From assembly GCA_963793425.1 (NCBI GenBank), contig CAWCAG010000009.1, forward strand, positions 608,001 to 672,000: a DNA stretch of 64,000 bases. Reading direction: 5' to 3'. Position numbers and translations under genes: made by a program. The notes beneath the pieces were generated by a model. It did not search any database. It was not told where the DNA came from and was given only the letters and a program-made list of their open reading frames with translations. Below are positions 53,801 through 63,774 of the stretch, piece by piece (the first letter of the stretch is position 1; each line of letters opens with the position of its first letter). The stretch is from an uncultured cyanobacterium (GTDB lineage: Bacteria > Cyanobacteriota > Cyanobacteriia > Cyanobacteriales > CAWCAG01).

Positions 53801-53934
53801 TTTTCTATAACCAAAGCAAAACGAGCCAGCAGTTTTTCTGTTTGCCCAGCCATCAAACTCAGTACCTCACTAACTGATGCTTGGGGTGCAACAGTAACAA
53901 AGTTTCGGTTAATTACTGAATCTAAGTTTGCCAT
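50839..53934 (-). CDS. CBS + multi-PAS sensor histidine kinase
   Basis: CBS pair, five PAS/PAC ends (D/N-IT-x-RK), SHEFRTPL, NLLSNAIKY, GTGLGL; ATG 53934 preferred. Confidence 0.92.
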   Translation of the reverse strand: MANLDSVINRNFVTVAPQASVSEVLSLMAGQTEKLLARFALVIENNTVVGLFSERELLPLIAASKNCQEILVAEAMNTAFVTLSLFGHEDIFSALSLLQQHRLNCLPVKDNQGELLGIVTLEEISQLIPTEIRFRQAFLTAPVAISISSSQEDSFGEVNASFLKLLGYQRQEVIGFSAEELGIWFDNKQYQNMQSQLHSCGFIENLETQLRTKSGEIREVSLCVETIEFAGETCFISSFNDITKRKQALNDLQEAKDRLRAIIDTVPGFVSWMDAQGHYLGVNCHLAQTLNLNPDDFVGQELGFLRNSPEFVQFMHNFLQTKEQTISEVVKAEVGDDTRSYVIAAQKYNHNRAVVSVGIDITKRKQAEAELRGQKEFLHSIVNTNPNLIFVKDWEGRFTLANQALAEVYGTTVDDLVGKTDADFNSDVQEVAGFIAADREVISSLKAKFIPEEIVTNSQGEKVYLQTIKRPLFSPHGQVNQVICVATDITQRKKAEEALRESYEVLEIRVEERTRALRQSLEKLQAETEAKQALTKELAKSEEKFRRVFQDAPIGMALYDFEGKFVQVNPSFCSLVGYTPEELEQFTFLIINHPEDVAEETPYLAKFQSREINNYQLEKRYINKSGETIWVKQTCGYIGDSNNQWRYGLAMVENITKRKQAEEKLRATTSRLTALISNLQFGVLFKDRDGKVILTNQLFCQLFNISHAPQLLAGEDFAGFSQEHQHLFQNPQTFLKNYQKITKTKQVVTNEELSLKDGRTLERDYVPIFIDDNYEGHLWMYRDITERKRAEGELHQALAKERELVELKSRFISMASHEFRTPLSTILSSAELLEHYHHKWSQERQLTHYYRIQTSVQQITELLNDILIIGKAEAEKLDFNPEIVDLVGFCQEIVEELQLNHLHKYKIDFTNQWPEEHPYLDKKLLRHILTNLLSNAIKYSPEYSTIKFSLASLGDLIALQVQDAGIGIPPADQVHLFESFHRGNNVGNIPGTGLGLAIVKRCVEAYGGEIKFVSEVGKGTTFTTLLPRSYY

Positions 53935-54020
53935 GATTAAAAAAAAGGAATTTGAGAGTAGGGCAAGTTCAGCCACTAAAGTTTTATACAGACTTACTTC
54001 AGGTGTTTCTGTAAATTTTT

Positions 54021-55202
54021 CTAAATATTGAAAAGATAACCAATCACTGCTCCCCCCAAAACCAGCCAAGCAGCATTTAATTTAAAGCGTAGTAAAACAA
54101 TAGTTGCAATAGCTGCGATTCCAACTGCAACAAGATCAATAGGAAAGTTAGCTGTAGGTTGAATTAGGGTAGCTTGAATTAATTTTAGGGTGACAACTAC
54201 CATTAATGCCACAGAGCTTACATTCACCGCATCCAAAAAAGCAGATGTCCAGGGAGACTGGCGTAATTTGGTAATCAGTGGGTTGAGAATAATAACAAAA
54301 ATAAAGGAAGGTAAAAAGATCCCTAAAGTAGCGACAATTGCCCCAGGAACCCCTAAAATCAAATAACCAATAAAGGTTGAGGTAGAAAGTACCGGTCCGG
54401 GAGTAAACTGGCCAATAGCGATGGCATCTAAGAGTTGTTGCCCAGAAAGCCAATGATATTTGTTAACTACTTCTCCTTCCAAAAAGGCTATTAAGACATA
54501 ACCGCTACCAAATAAAACACTTCCCACCTTGAGGAAAAACAAACCTAATTGCCAAAGAGGGGGAGTAACTAAAGAATCTACTTGGGCTGCAACGGCTTTG
54601 ATTATAGTACCCGTAGTTAAACTACCAATCACGATCTCAACTGTAGAGTTAGGAGGTTGTTTTTTACCGGCTGTTAATTGTAGCCAAATACCCCCAACTA
54701 CTCCCCCAATTAATAAAGCAACTATTTCATTAAGTCCTAAAAGTAATAAAGGTACAACTCCCAAACCAATAAGTAAAAGTTGGTAACTCTTCACAGCTTT
54801 ATTGCCTAAACGCCACAAAGCCCCCAGAATTACGGCTAATACCGCAGGTTTAATACCATAAAGTAAAGGAGCAAGTTGAGGTAAAGTACCAAATTCTTGG
54901 TATAACCAAGCTAAAATCGCCGTAATAGTTACCGCCGGGAAAATAAAGCAGATTCCTGCTACAACTAACCCTGATAAACCGGCGTAAAGATAACCCACAT
55001 GAATAGCCATTTCTGTGGAATTAGGGCCGGGAATTAAATTAGTTGCCCCCACTAAATCTAAAAACTGGGATCGCGTCAACCACTGACGACGGCTAACCAC
55101 CTCCTCTTCCATCATCGCTATATGGGCAGCCGGTCCTCCGAAACCAATAATACCTAACTTCAAGAATAATGTTGCTAATTCTCTGAGGCGAGGGTTGGAC
55201 AT
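54021..55202 (-). CDS. chrA: Chromate efflux transporter
   Basis: GFGGP, PGPNST, FGSGY, QFTPGP. Confidence 0.93.
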   Translation of the reverse strand: MSNPRLRELATLFLKLGIIGFGGPAAHIAMMEEEVVSRRQWLTRSQFLDLVGATNLIPGPNSTEMAIHVGYLYAGLSGLVVAGICFIFPAVTITAILAWLYQEFGTLPQLAPLLYGIKPAVLAVILGALWRLGNKAVKSYQLLLIGLGVVPLLLLGLNEIVALLIGGVVGGIWLQLTAGKKQPPNSTVEIVIGSLTTGTIIKAVAAQVDSLVTPPLWQLGLFFLKVGSVLFGSGYVLIAFLEGEVVNKYHWLSGQQLLDAIAIGQFTPGPVLSTSTFIGYLILGVPGAIVATLGIFLPSFIFVIILNPLITKLRQSPWTSAFLDAVNVSSVALMVVVTLKLIQATLIQPTANFPIDLVAVGIAAIATIVLLRFKLNAAWLVLGGAVIGYLFNI

Positions 55203-55549
55203 AGTTTTTATTATTAGTGATGCTAAGGATTAATTATTGCATTTTCAGTTTGCAACATTAAGTAGTAGTTAATAGCTAATCCCAAACCAGCAAATCTTTC
55301 TCTTTGTTACGTATTTGTAGACGATCTCACGTGAGAATGTTATAAATGACCCGAAGTCTGACATAATTAATATCCATTTTTAGGGAACACCCATCTCCAA
55401 GATTGATACTCAATTGCCAACACCTTCAAGGTGAAATTGCTGAGGATATTAATCGATTTGTCAAGATATCTCAAGTCATTAAAATACAATTTCAGGGAAT
55501 CAATTGCATCTAATTTGCCATTAGTTATTTTCTAGAGGTTAGTTCTATT

Positions 55550-56539
55550 ATGGCAGCATTTACTGTAGCTATTCGCGCTTGTAACGGAGAAAAGTACTTA
55601 CCACTTATCTTAGATAAACTAAAAGAGCAGGTAAACATAGAGAATATTGATTGGGAAATAGTTATTGTTGATAATAATAGTACAGACAATACAGCCAAAA
55701 TTATTAAAAAATATCAGTCAGACTGGCCAAAACCCTATCCCCTTAAATATTACTTTGAAGCTGAACAAAGTGCCTTTCTAGCCAGAAAGCGAGCCATAAA
55801 AGAAGCTAGAGGAGATTTAATTGGTTTCCTTGATGATGATAATATACCTGCCTCCAACTGGGTAGAAGAAGCTTATTCTTTTGGTCAATCCCATCCCCAA
55901 GTAGCCGCTTATGGTAGTCAAATTCATGGTGAATATGAAGTTGAACCACCACCAAATTTTGAGAGAATTGCTGGTTTTATACCAATCATAGAACGCCCGA
56001 AAGCAATTTGCTTCAATCACTATTTATACGGCAAAAAAGGATTATTGCCACCAGGAGCGGGACTAGTTATCAGGAAAAAAGTATGGCTAGAAAATGTGCC
56101 AGAAAAACTTCATTTTCAAGGTCCGGTTGGCAAATCTTTAGGTGCAAAAGGAGAAGATATTGAAGCCTTAATACACATAAAGAAAGCAGGAAAAGAAATT
56201 TGGTATAACCCAAAAATGGCAATATTCCATCAAATACCTAAAACTCGATTTGACAGGGAATACCTGCGGCGCTTTTTTCGAGGAATTGGTTCGGGGCGTT
56301 ATCGTCTGAGAATGGCAAGATACAAGAGTTGGCAACGCCCTTTTATGACTCTTTTATATATAGTTAACGACTTGCGTAAAGTTATTTTTCACTTTTTCAA
56401 GTATCGAACAGTTTTAGCTACTGATGTTGTAGCAGCAGGGGAAATGGAGTTATATTTGAGTACCTTAGCAAGCCCATTTTTAGGTTGGCAAAAAAGAATT
56501 ACTGCGATAGGGAAAGCCAAAATAAAAGGGAAAGCTTAA
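55550..56539 (+). CDS. GT2 glycosyltransferase, HpsE-like (paralog of 38094-39056)
   Basis: FTVAI..NG, DNNS, FLDDDN, PPGAG, GED, WYNP. Confidence 0.85.
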   Translation: MAAFTVAIRACNGEKYLPLILDKLKEQVNIENIDWEIVIVDNNSTDNTAKIIKKYQSDWPKPYPLKYYFEAEQSAFLARKRAIKEARGDLIGFLDDDNIPASNWVEEAYSFGQSHPQVAAYGSQIHGEYEVEPPPNFERIAGFIPIIERPKAICFNHYLYGKKGLLPPGAGLVIRKKVWLENVPEKLHFQGPVGKSLGAKGEDIEALIHIKKAGKEIWYNPKMAIFHQIPKTRFDREYLRRFFRGIGSGRYRLRMARYKSWQRPFMTLLYIVNDLRKVIFHFFKYRTVLATDVVAAGEMELYLSTLASPFLGWQKRITAIGKAKIKGKA

Positions 56540-56581
56540 TATTTTTCTCATCCACTTCCTAATTCAAAAAAAATAAAAGTT

Positions 56582-58102
56582 ATGACAGTAAAAAAAGTTT
56601 TATTCCTTGGCTTAGATTCTGCTGAACCAAAACTTCTTAAGCAGTGGAGTGAAGATGGTAGTCTTCCTAATTTACAAAAGATTGGGCAAAGTAGTACTTG
56701 GGGAAATATGAAAATTCCTAAAGGTTTTAGTAATGGTGCAATGTGGCCTTCTCTATTTACTGGAGTCAATTTGGGTAAACATGGTAGATATAATTACCTT
56801 CATATTAAGCCTGGTACTTATGATGTTAGAAATCATTTTTATGAAGATACCGACTATCAAGTGTTACCTTTTTGGGTTGATTTAAGTAACCAGGGAAAAC
56901 GAGTAGGAATTGTTGATGTACCTAGAGCGCCTCTAACTCAAAACATCAACGGAGTTCAAATAGCTGATTGGTTAACCCATGACCGACGAGATGCGATCGC
57001 AAGAAGTTATCCAGAAAGTTTAGCTCAAAATATAATTGCAACTTTTGGTGATGATGAAATAGGAGAAAGACCAGAATTATATCTGAAAAATCACAGTTAT
57101 CAAGCTTTTATTGAACTACTGAAAGAAAGAATAGACATAAGGGCTGAACAAACCATTCAACTAGCCAAACAAGCAGACTATAACTTTTTTATGACAGTGT
57201 TTGGTGAACCACACGATATTGGTCATATGTGTTGGCATTTACACGATTCTACTCGTCAAGATTATAATAGCAACTTTGGTAATCCCGTTAAAGACATTTA
57301 TGTTGCTTTAGATAAAGCCCTTGGCAAAATCATTGATAATCTTGACTACACTGACATAATTGTCTTTGCTGGCCCAGGAATAACCAACAACTATGGTATT
57401 AACGAAGGCTTTGATCCTGTCTTACAAAAGATTGAACAAAACTTTTTAAAACAATCTAAATCAACAAAAAAAAGAAAACAATCTCTCATTCCTAAAATCC
57501 GAAGTCTAGTTAGACAATATCTACCCAAAAAAATGAGAGGTAAAATTTATAATAAAATACCTGATGCTGTAAAAAAACAGGAAAAAACATTACTAACAAG
57601 TAAGCAGAGATGGTTTATTTTGCCTTTTGGAGACACTGGCTGTGCTATTAGGCTAAATGTTGTTGGTAGAGAACCTAACGGTTTAATAAAATCAGGGCAA
57701 GAATACGATGAAATATGTAACTTTATTCGCGACTCTCTTTCTACCTTAAATAATTTGGAAACAGGAACTCCTTTAGTAGAAGAAGTTATTCAAATAAATC
57801 AGTTCTATCATGGGCAAGCTGTAGAACAATTACCTGATCTTGTAGTCAATTGGAACAGGAAAGATCCCATCAGACTAATTGGTTCAGAAGAATTAGGAGA
57901 ATTTGAAGTTAAATGCTATACCCGTAGAACTGGAGAACACAATGATGATGCCATATTTTGGCTAAATAGTTTATCTTTAAACCCTCAAAAATTAGAAAAG
58001 ACTCTCAAAGTAGAAGACTTAGCACCGACAATTGCCACATTATTAAATATTAAATTGAGCGAGACAGATGGTTCACCTATTCAAGAAATGGTAGGTAATT
58101 AA
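56582..58102 (+). CDS. Alkaline phosphatase superfamily protein (phosphodiesterase-like)
   Basis: LGLDSA, WPSLFTGVN.GKHG, HDIGH, NVVGREPNG, PDL, GEH. Confidence 0.8.
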   Translation: MTVKKVLFLGLDSAEPKLLKQWSEDGSLPNLQKIGQSSTWGNMKIPKGFSNGAMWPSLFTGVNLGKHGRYNYLHIKPGTYDVRNHFYEDTDYQVLPFWVDLSNQGKRVGIVDVPRAPLTQNINGVQIADWLTHDRRDAIARSYPESLAQNIIATFGDDEIGERPELYLKNHSYQAFIELLKERIDIRAEQTIQLAKQADYNFFMTVFGEPHDIGHMCWHLHDSTRQDYNSNFGNPVKDIYVALDKALGKIIDNLDYTDIIVFAGPGITNNYGINEGFDPVLQKIEQNFLKQSKSTKKRKQSLIPKIRSLVRQYLPKKMRGKIYNKIPDAVKKQEKTLLTSKQRWFILPFGDTGCAIRLNVVGREPNGLIKSGQEYDEICNFIRDSLSTLNNLETGTPLVEEVIQINQFYHGQAVEQLPDLVVNWNRKDPIRLIGSEELGEFEVKCYTRRTGEHNDDAIFWLNSLSLNPQKLEKTLKVEDLAPTIATLLNIKLSETDGSPIQEMVGN

Positions 58103-58201
58103 CAAGCTAAATGAATAGAAGACAACAAATTCGTTTTTACCTATCTTTATTAATTACTTTAATAGAATGTATCTTTCCTAGATAAGCTAACTTAAAATAT
58201 T

Positions 58202-59368
58202 ATGAGTAACAAATCCAAACAAAAACCTCTTAAACTCGGTATTGTTTGTAACGAATTTTTCGCTCTTTCTCAAGGCAGAATGGGGGGGTTTGGTTGGGCT
58301 GCTAGTCAAGTAGCCAAATGCCTTAATCCAGACCCAAATGTAGAAGTAGTTTTTTTAGCTGGGGAAGGCTATGGTAAGGAAGGAAAACCAGATCCCATCG
58401 TTCACGATACTCCCCTTATTCTCCGCCAGCGCAATAAATTTGCCTACGCAAAGCGTATATGGGACGAGAAAATAGATTTAATCCTCTCCATCGACTACCG
58501 CCCCAATTATCGCCCTTTATTTTGGCTTTTACCTTTCACTCCTATTATCGTTTGGGTGCGTGATCCTAGACCTCCAGAGGATATAGAAAAAATTGACACT
58601 GCCCGCATTCCTGGGGCAGAAGATGTTTATCCCCAAGGGTTAAGTTGTTTTGATTGCACTTCTTTAGGAGGAGTAGTAAAGGTTTCCAACTGGTTACGTC
58701 GTCCAGTTTTATTTGGAACTCCCGCTAATTTTCTCAAGGACAAAGTACCAGGGACTTATGGAGTAAAACCGCCAGAAGTTAAATTATTACCTAATATTAT
58801 TGACTTTGAACCGGGAGAAATTGTTAAGAGTGAAAAACCCTCCGTAGTCTTTCTTGCCCGTTTAGACCCCTACAAACGTCCTTGGTTAATTGTAGAAATT
58901 GCCCGTCATTTTCCGGAGGTTGATTTTATTTTAATGGGTAAATCTCATTTTGAAGGTAAAGGGTCTTGGCAACCAGATAATTTACCGAGTAACGTGAAGT
59001 TAAGGGGTCATGTTGGTGGAGAAGAAAAAATCCGTATTTTATCTTCAGCTTGGGTTTTAGTTAATACTTCTATTCATGAAGGATTAGCGGTTAGTTTCCA
59101 AGAAGCCTTGAAGTGTGAAACGCCAATTCTGAGTTGTTTAGACCCAGAAAATGTAGTATCTCGCTTTGGTGTTTATGTGGGGCGTTGGGATGGTACAGGT
59201 ATGGAAGGAATGCCTAAGTTGGTTGAGGGTTTAAATTGTCTTTTAGAAGATGAAGAGTTACGGACTCGTTTAGGTAACGAAGGTAGGAAATGGGTGAGTG
59301 AAACTCATAACAAGCCACGTTTTTTAGAAGTATTTTATGCTTTGTGTAATCAGGCTGGTGTAGTGTAA
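58202..59368 (+). CDS. Glycosyltransferase family 4
   Basis: RLDPYKRP, TSIHEGLAVSFQEAL (EX7E). Confidence 0.85.
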   Translation: MSNKSKQKPLKLGIVCNEFFALSQGRMGGFGWAASQVAKCLNPDPNVEVVFLAGEGYGKEGKPDPIVHDTPLILRQRNKFAYAKRIWDEKIDLILSIDYRPNYRPLFWLLPFTPIIVWVRDPRPPEDIEKIDTARIPGAEDVYPQGLSCFDCTSLGGVVKVSNWLRRPVLFGTPANFLKDKVPGTYGVKPPEVKLLPNIIDFEPGEIVKSEKPSVVFLARLDPYKRPWLIVEIARHFPEVDFILMGKSHFEGKGSWQPDNLPSNVKLRGHVGGEEKIRILSSAWVLVNTSIHEGLAVSFQEALKCETPILSCLDPENVVSRFGVYVGRWDGTGMEGMPKLVEGLNCLLEDEELRTRLGNEGRKWVSETHNKPRFLEVFYALCNQAGVV

Positions 59369-59447
59369 TTGAAATCAACTATTCTCTGCAAATTATTGTT
59401 AAATAAAATTTTACATTGCTAAATAACAAGAGGAGATAATAGAGCAG

Positions 59448-60359
59448 ATGACAATGCCAAATTTTTTGATTATCGGTGCGCCTAAAGCTGGGACTACTGC
59501 ACTTTACCGCTATTTAAAAGAGCATCCACAGATTTATATGAGTCCTTTAAAAGAAACTCAGTTTTTTGTATTTGTCGATGAAGAAGATTTGAGTTTTAGT
59601 AGCAATGAGCCTTTTTTAAAACAATACAAGCAAACTAAAGATATTGAATCTTACTATACTTTGTTTAAAGGTATTTCACAAGAAATAGCAATCGGTGAAG
59701 TATCTCCTTGGTACATTTATCTACCGAAGGTTGCTAGTAAAATTAGAAAATATATTCCTGATGTCAAAATAATCGCGATTTTGCGAGATCCAGTTGAAAG
59801 AGCTTATTCAAATTTTTTGCATTCAGTTCGTGACGATATAGAACCAATTAATGTTAACTTTGTTCAGGCAATGGAGTTAGAAGCAGAACGAATTAGAAAT
59901 AATTGGTCTCCACGCTTTCATTACAAGCAAAAGGGCTTTTACTATACACAAATGAAACGTTACTTTGATTTGTTTAAACCAGAGCAAATTAAAGTATATA
60001 TATACGAGGAATTTCAGGAAAAACAGATTGATATTTTACGAGATATATTTATATTTCTAGGAGTAGATAATACATTCGTTCCTGATATTTCTAAAAAATA
60101 TAATGATTCACGTATTCCAAGAAGCAGAGTTTACAACAAAATCATGCTTAGAGCTAATCCTGTAGATTCTATTAGTTCAATATTGCCATCAAGTTTAAGG
60201 AATAAGATTAAAAATAGGCTAGTTAAAATTAATCTCTCTGAACAAAAACCAAATTTACCAAAGGCAGTTCGCGAAAAATTTATTAAAGAATATAGAGAAG
60301 ATATTTTAAAACTTCAAGATTTAATTCAAAAAGATTTGTCTCACTGGCTAAAAGTTTAG
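59448..60359 (+). CDS. Sulfotransferase
   Basis: IGAPKAGTT (5'-PSB) and LRDPVERAYS (3'-PB). Confidence 0.93.
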   Translation: MTMPNFLIIGAPKAGTTALYRYLKEHPQIYMSPLKETQFFVFVDEEDLSFSSNEPFLKQYKQTKDIESYYTLFKGISQEIAIGEVSPWYIYLPKVASKIRKYIPDVKIIAILRDPVERAYSNFLHSVRDDIEPINVNFVQAMELEAERIRNNWSPRFHYKQKGFYYTQMKRYFDLFKPEQIKVYIYEEFQEKQIDILRDIFIFLGVDNTFVPDISKKYNDSRIPRSRVYNKIMLRANPVDSISSILPSSLRNKIKNRLVKINLSEQKPNLPKAVREKFIKEYREDILKLQDLIQKDLSHWLKV

Positions 60360-60369
60360 GATAAAAATT

Positions 60370-61278
60370 ATGCAGCAGCCATTAGTGTCTGTAGTCATTA
60401 CAACGTACAACAGATTGAATTTTCTCAAGGAAGCAGTCAGTAGTGTCCAAGCTCAAACATTCCAAAATTGGGAATTAGTCGTTATTGATGATGCTTCCCC
60501 TGACGATACATGGGATTGGCTTACAGAATTACAAAATGAACATATACGAGTCTTTCGTCAGGAGAAAAATAGTGAACGCTCTGCTGCCCGAAACAGAGGT
60601 TTAAAGGAGGCGAAGGGAGAATTTATTATGTTTCTAGATGATGATGATAAACTCCGAAATAATGCCCTAGCTGATTTAGTTAAACCGTTGATTAATGACT
60701 CTCAAGTTGTAGCAACAGTAGGTGCTAGATGGAAATATAAAGAGGGAGTTTATGCAGTTAAAATTGACCATCCAATTATTAAGTTTAAACGAGTAATTTG
60801 GCCTGAACTTTTGGCTGGTTGGTCTTCTATTTCTGGTCAAAACTTGTATCGTAAAACCATTGTTGAAGAGCTTGGAGGGTACAGACTAGATATGAACATT
60901 GCAGAAGATCGGCAGTTATGGCTTCGTGTTGCCAAGTTAGGTAAAGTAGCCATTATTCCCTCAATTGTTCTAGAGTATCGCGCCCACGGGGAACAGTGGA
61001 GACCAAAAAATATTGTTGAGATAAGGGAACAAGTTTTTCGAGAATTTATTAAAAGTATTCCTACTGAAGAACAACCTAGAGGAAGAAAGATTCGAGAAAG
61101 CGCCCGTAGCTCAGAAAAAGGTGAAGAAGAATATAGAAAAGGCAACTATAAACTTGCTCTTAATTGCTACCTTAAAGCTTGTCAAACTGCACCAGACCTT
61201 GTTGTATCACCTCTTACAGGTAAACCTATGATTCGTGGTGTTGCTAAATCTTTAGTTCGTTCCCTGTTACCAAAATAA
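60370..61278 (+). CDS. Glycosyltransferase family 2
   Basis: VSVVITTYNR, DDAS, SAARNRG, FLDDDD, ED. Confidence 0.92.
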   Translation: MQQPLVSVVITTYNRLNFLKEAVSSVQAQTFQNWELVVIDDASPDDTWDWLTELQNEHIRVFRQEKNSERSAARNRGLKEAKGEFIMFLDDDDKLRNNALADLVKPLINDSQVVATVGARWKYKEGVYAVKIDHPIIKFKRVIWPELLAGWSSISGQNLYRKTIVEELGGYRLDMNIAEDRQLWLRVAKLGKVAIIPSIVLEYRAHGEQWRPKNIVEIREQVFREFIKSIPTEEQPRGRKIRESARSSEKGEEEYRKGNYKLALNCYLKACQTAPDLVVSPLTGKPMIRGVAKSLVRSLLPK

Positions 61279-61281
61279 CCA

Positions 61282-62235
61282 ATGGAATCAGAAGCAATCT
61301 TAGTTAGCATAATTATTAATAACTACAATTACGCCCAGTTTTTGCCAGAAGCAATAGAAAGCGCCTTAACTCAAAATTATCCTCATACTGAAATTATTGT
61401 AGTTGATGATGGTTCTACCGATAACTCACGAGAGATTATTAGTAATTACGAAGAAAAAGTTATTCCTGCACTAAAAGAAAATGGAGGACAAGCCTCAGCA
61501 TTCAATGCCGGATTTGCAGCTAGTAAAGGGGAAATAATTTGCTTTCTTGATGCCGATGATTATTACTTACCACAAAAGGTAATTCAAGTTATTAAACTTT
61601 TTGAGCAACATCCCCAAATAGGTTGGATTTTTCACGATTTAGAAGATGTAGATATTAATGGTTCAATCTTAAAAAAACAACGAAAACGTCGTATTTCTGA
61701 ATTTAACTTAGTTGATCTACGGGAAATTATCTTGAAGGGAAAAAAGCTAACTTACTGGTTTACAGCAACAAGTGGCTTGTGTTTTAAACGTAATATTCTT
61801 GAGGAAATATTACCGATGCCAGAGCAGTTTAAGATTTCCAGTGATTCTTTTGTGAGATTAGCAGCAGTTCATCTTTCTCCAGGTATCCTGTCTCCGGAAA
61901 GACTTGCTACTCATCGTAGCCACGGTAATAATTTATATGCTTTTAGAAAAGATGTAGGGATTGAAAGAGCGAAGTTAGGTATTAAAGCAGCCTATTATCT
62001 AAGAGAAAAATTTCCCAACACTAAAAAGTTCACTGATAATTACTTTGCTTCTTCATTAGTTCAGCTTATTCGTTTAACCAATGTAAGCCAATCTTTAGAG
62101 CTATTTGAGGCTCAAAACTACCTAAAATCTGATCCAGAGTTAATTGCTAGGATTGGACTCATTCTTCAGGTAGCTTTTGTTTACATGAAACATCAAGCTA
62201 GACAGGTATTAAATACTGTTTCTAGAAAAACCTAG
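61282..62235 (+). CDS. Glycosyltransferase family 2
   Basis: VSIIINNYNY, DDGSTD, NGGQASAFN, FLDADD. Confidence 0.92.
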   Translation: MESEAILVSIIINNYNYAQFLPEAIESALTQNYPHTEIIVVDDGSTDNSREIISNYEEKVIPALKENGGQASAFNAGFAASKGEIICFLDADDYYLPQKVIQVIKLFEQHPQIGWIFHDLEDVDINGSILKKQRKRRISEFNLVDLREIILKGKKLTYWFTATSGLCFKRNILEEILPMPEQFKISSDSFVRLAAVHLSPGILSPERLATHRSHGNNLYAFRKDVGIERAKLGIKAAYYLREKFPNTKKFTDNYFASSLVQLIRLTNVSQSLELFEAQNYLKSDPELIARIGLILQVAFVYMKHQARQVLNTVSRKT

Positions 62236-62253
62236 TTATTTTTAGTGAAAATA

Positions 62254-63222
62254 ATGTTCACAAATTTAAAATTACTATCTCGTATCAAACTTAAAAATAT
62301 ACCCCCTAATTTTGCTCAATATTTAGTTAACAACAACTTTTTAGAGCAAAGTTTTTTTCATCCTAAGTATTCTAAGTATAAAAAATGTTGTCAAGACAAA
62401 TTACCTGATATTAGCTCAAATGATGCAGAAATTGTCAATAAGTTAAACAAAAATGGTATTTATATCACTTCTTTATCCTCTCTAAATATAGATAACACAA
62501 CTGAGTTCGTAAATGCAGTGAACAAACTCATGGAAGAACTCACAGAGAGAACTAAAAAAGACAAAGTTAGCTTCGCAGTTAAATCTAACTTAGAACAACT
62601 TATTAAATATCCAGAAATATTTCGCTGGGGTCTTGAAGATAGATTAATAAGTATTGCTTCAAATTATATAGGTCTACCCGTTGCTTACGATACTTTTATG
62701 CCCCATTTAAGTATCAATAATGGTAAAGAAACAGCTACAAGACGTTGGCATATAGATAATGAAGATAGGAAAATGCTCAAAGTCATTATTTACTTTAATG
62801 ATGTGGATGATGAGGATGGCCCTTTTCAATATATGCACCCCGAAATTAGTTCATCACTTTTGCAAAAAGTTAAAAATAAATATAAATTTTTCTACCATCA
62901 AGAAATTAAAGAATTAATACCTGCTTCTCGACAAGACTGGTTAAAAACTTATACTGGAAAAGCTGGAACTGTAATTATTGTAGATACTGCTCACTCCTAT
63001 CATCGTGGTAAACCTCCTACTAAATCTCCACGGCGTGCAGTTAGTTTTGGGTACTTAAGTCGTCGTCCTCATCAACCTTTTCGGGCCGGTAGAAATCTTT
63101 TGTCTCAAGATGAATTATCTCGTCTAGCAGCAGAACTTTCCTTAGAAAAACAGGCTTGCGTTTATTGGCAAGATTCACTTCCTCCTATAGCTAAATGGAT
63201 TCCTAAATATTCATATTTTTGA
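62254..63222 (+). CDS. 2OG-Fe(II) oxygenase (PhyH-like)
   Basis: WHID (HxD), GPF, GTVIIVDT...HRG, RR. Confidence 0.8.
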   Translation: MFTNLKLLSRIKLKNIPPNFAQYLVNNNFLEQSFFHPKYSKYKKCCQDKLPDISSNDAEIVNKLNKNGIYITSLSSLNIDNTTEFVNAVNKLMEELTERTKKDKVSFAVKSNLEQLIKYPEIFRWGLEDRLISIASNYIGLPVAYDTFMPHLSINNGKETATRRWHIDNEDRKMLKVIIYFNDVDDEDGPFQYMHPEISSSLLQKVKNKYKFFYHQEIKELIPASRQDWLKTYTGKAGTVIIVDTAHSYHRGKPPTKSPRRAVSFGYLSRRPHQPFRAGRNLLSQDELSRLAAELSLEKQACVYWQDSLPPIAKWIPKYSYF

Positions 63223-63246
63223 ATATTTATAAAAAGGAGAATAACT

Positions 63247-63759
63247 ATGTCTGTTATGCGTGATTTAGCAACTTCAATTTTTTCACAGATGTATACTCGT
63301 AGTCTGAGAAAGCAACATCTGTATAAGTCAAAAAAAGACCAAATTAGAAACGATGTTGTTCATTTTGAAATTGCGGAAAATGTGGGTCTAGAAGTTTATT
63401 GGAAAATTCTTAAAGTAGCAGAAGGGCCTTCCCTAATATTTTATGCTCTCGGCTACGAAATTCTTAGATTTGATACTTATATTAATGGGCAAGGTCATTG
63501 TCATATTCAACTTGTAGAATGTCAAAAAAAGCCTAGATCACGTTTATTTTTGCCAGAAAAGACTGTTAAAGAACAAATTGGAAGGAGCATATTTGAACTA
63601 CAAAATAATCTCTATTATTGGCTGCAACGTCATCCTGACAGTCAAGTTCGTAGACTTAAAGTTGATAAAAGTAAACTGCAAATAGCGACAGAAAAAGCTA
63701 AAGGAAAAATGTTGGAATATGCGGAGAAGATTAAAAATACGGCGCAAATAACTAATTAA
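63247..63759 (+). CDS. Hypothetical protein
   Basis: Strong AAGGAGA RBS, in operon; EILRFD...GHCH motif. Confidence 0.65.
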   Translation: MSVMRDLATSIFSQMYTRSLRKQHLYKSKKDQIRNDVVHFEIAENVGLEVYWKILKVAEGPSLIFYALGYEILRFDTYINGQGHCHIQLVECQKKPRSRLFLPEKTVKEQIGRSIFELQNNLYYWLQRHPDSQVRRLKVDKSKLQIATEKAKGKMLEYAEKIKNTAQITN

Positions 63760-63774
63760 AAAGTGGATACAACA

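Noticed and set aside
53935..54069. N-terminal extension of the CBS-PAS kinase given in the ORF track
   Set aside because: TTG start inside chrA; ATG 53934 starts the CBS domain cleanly.
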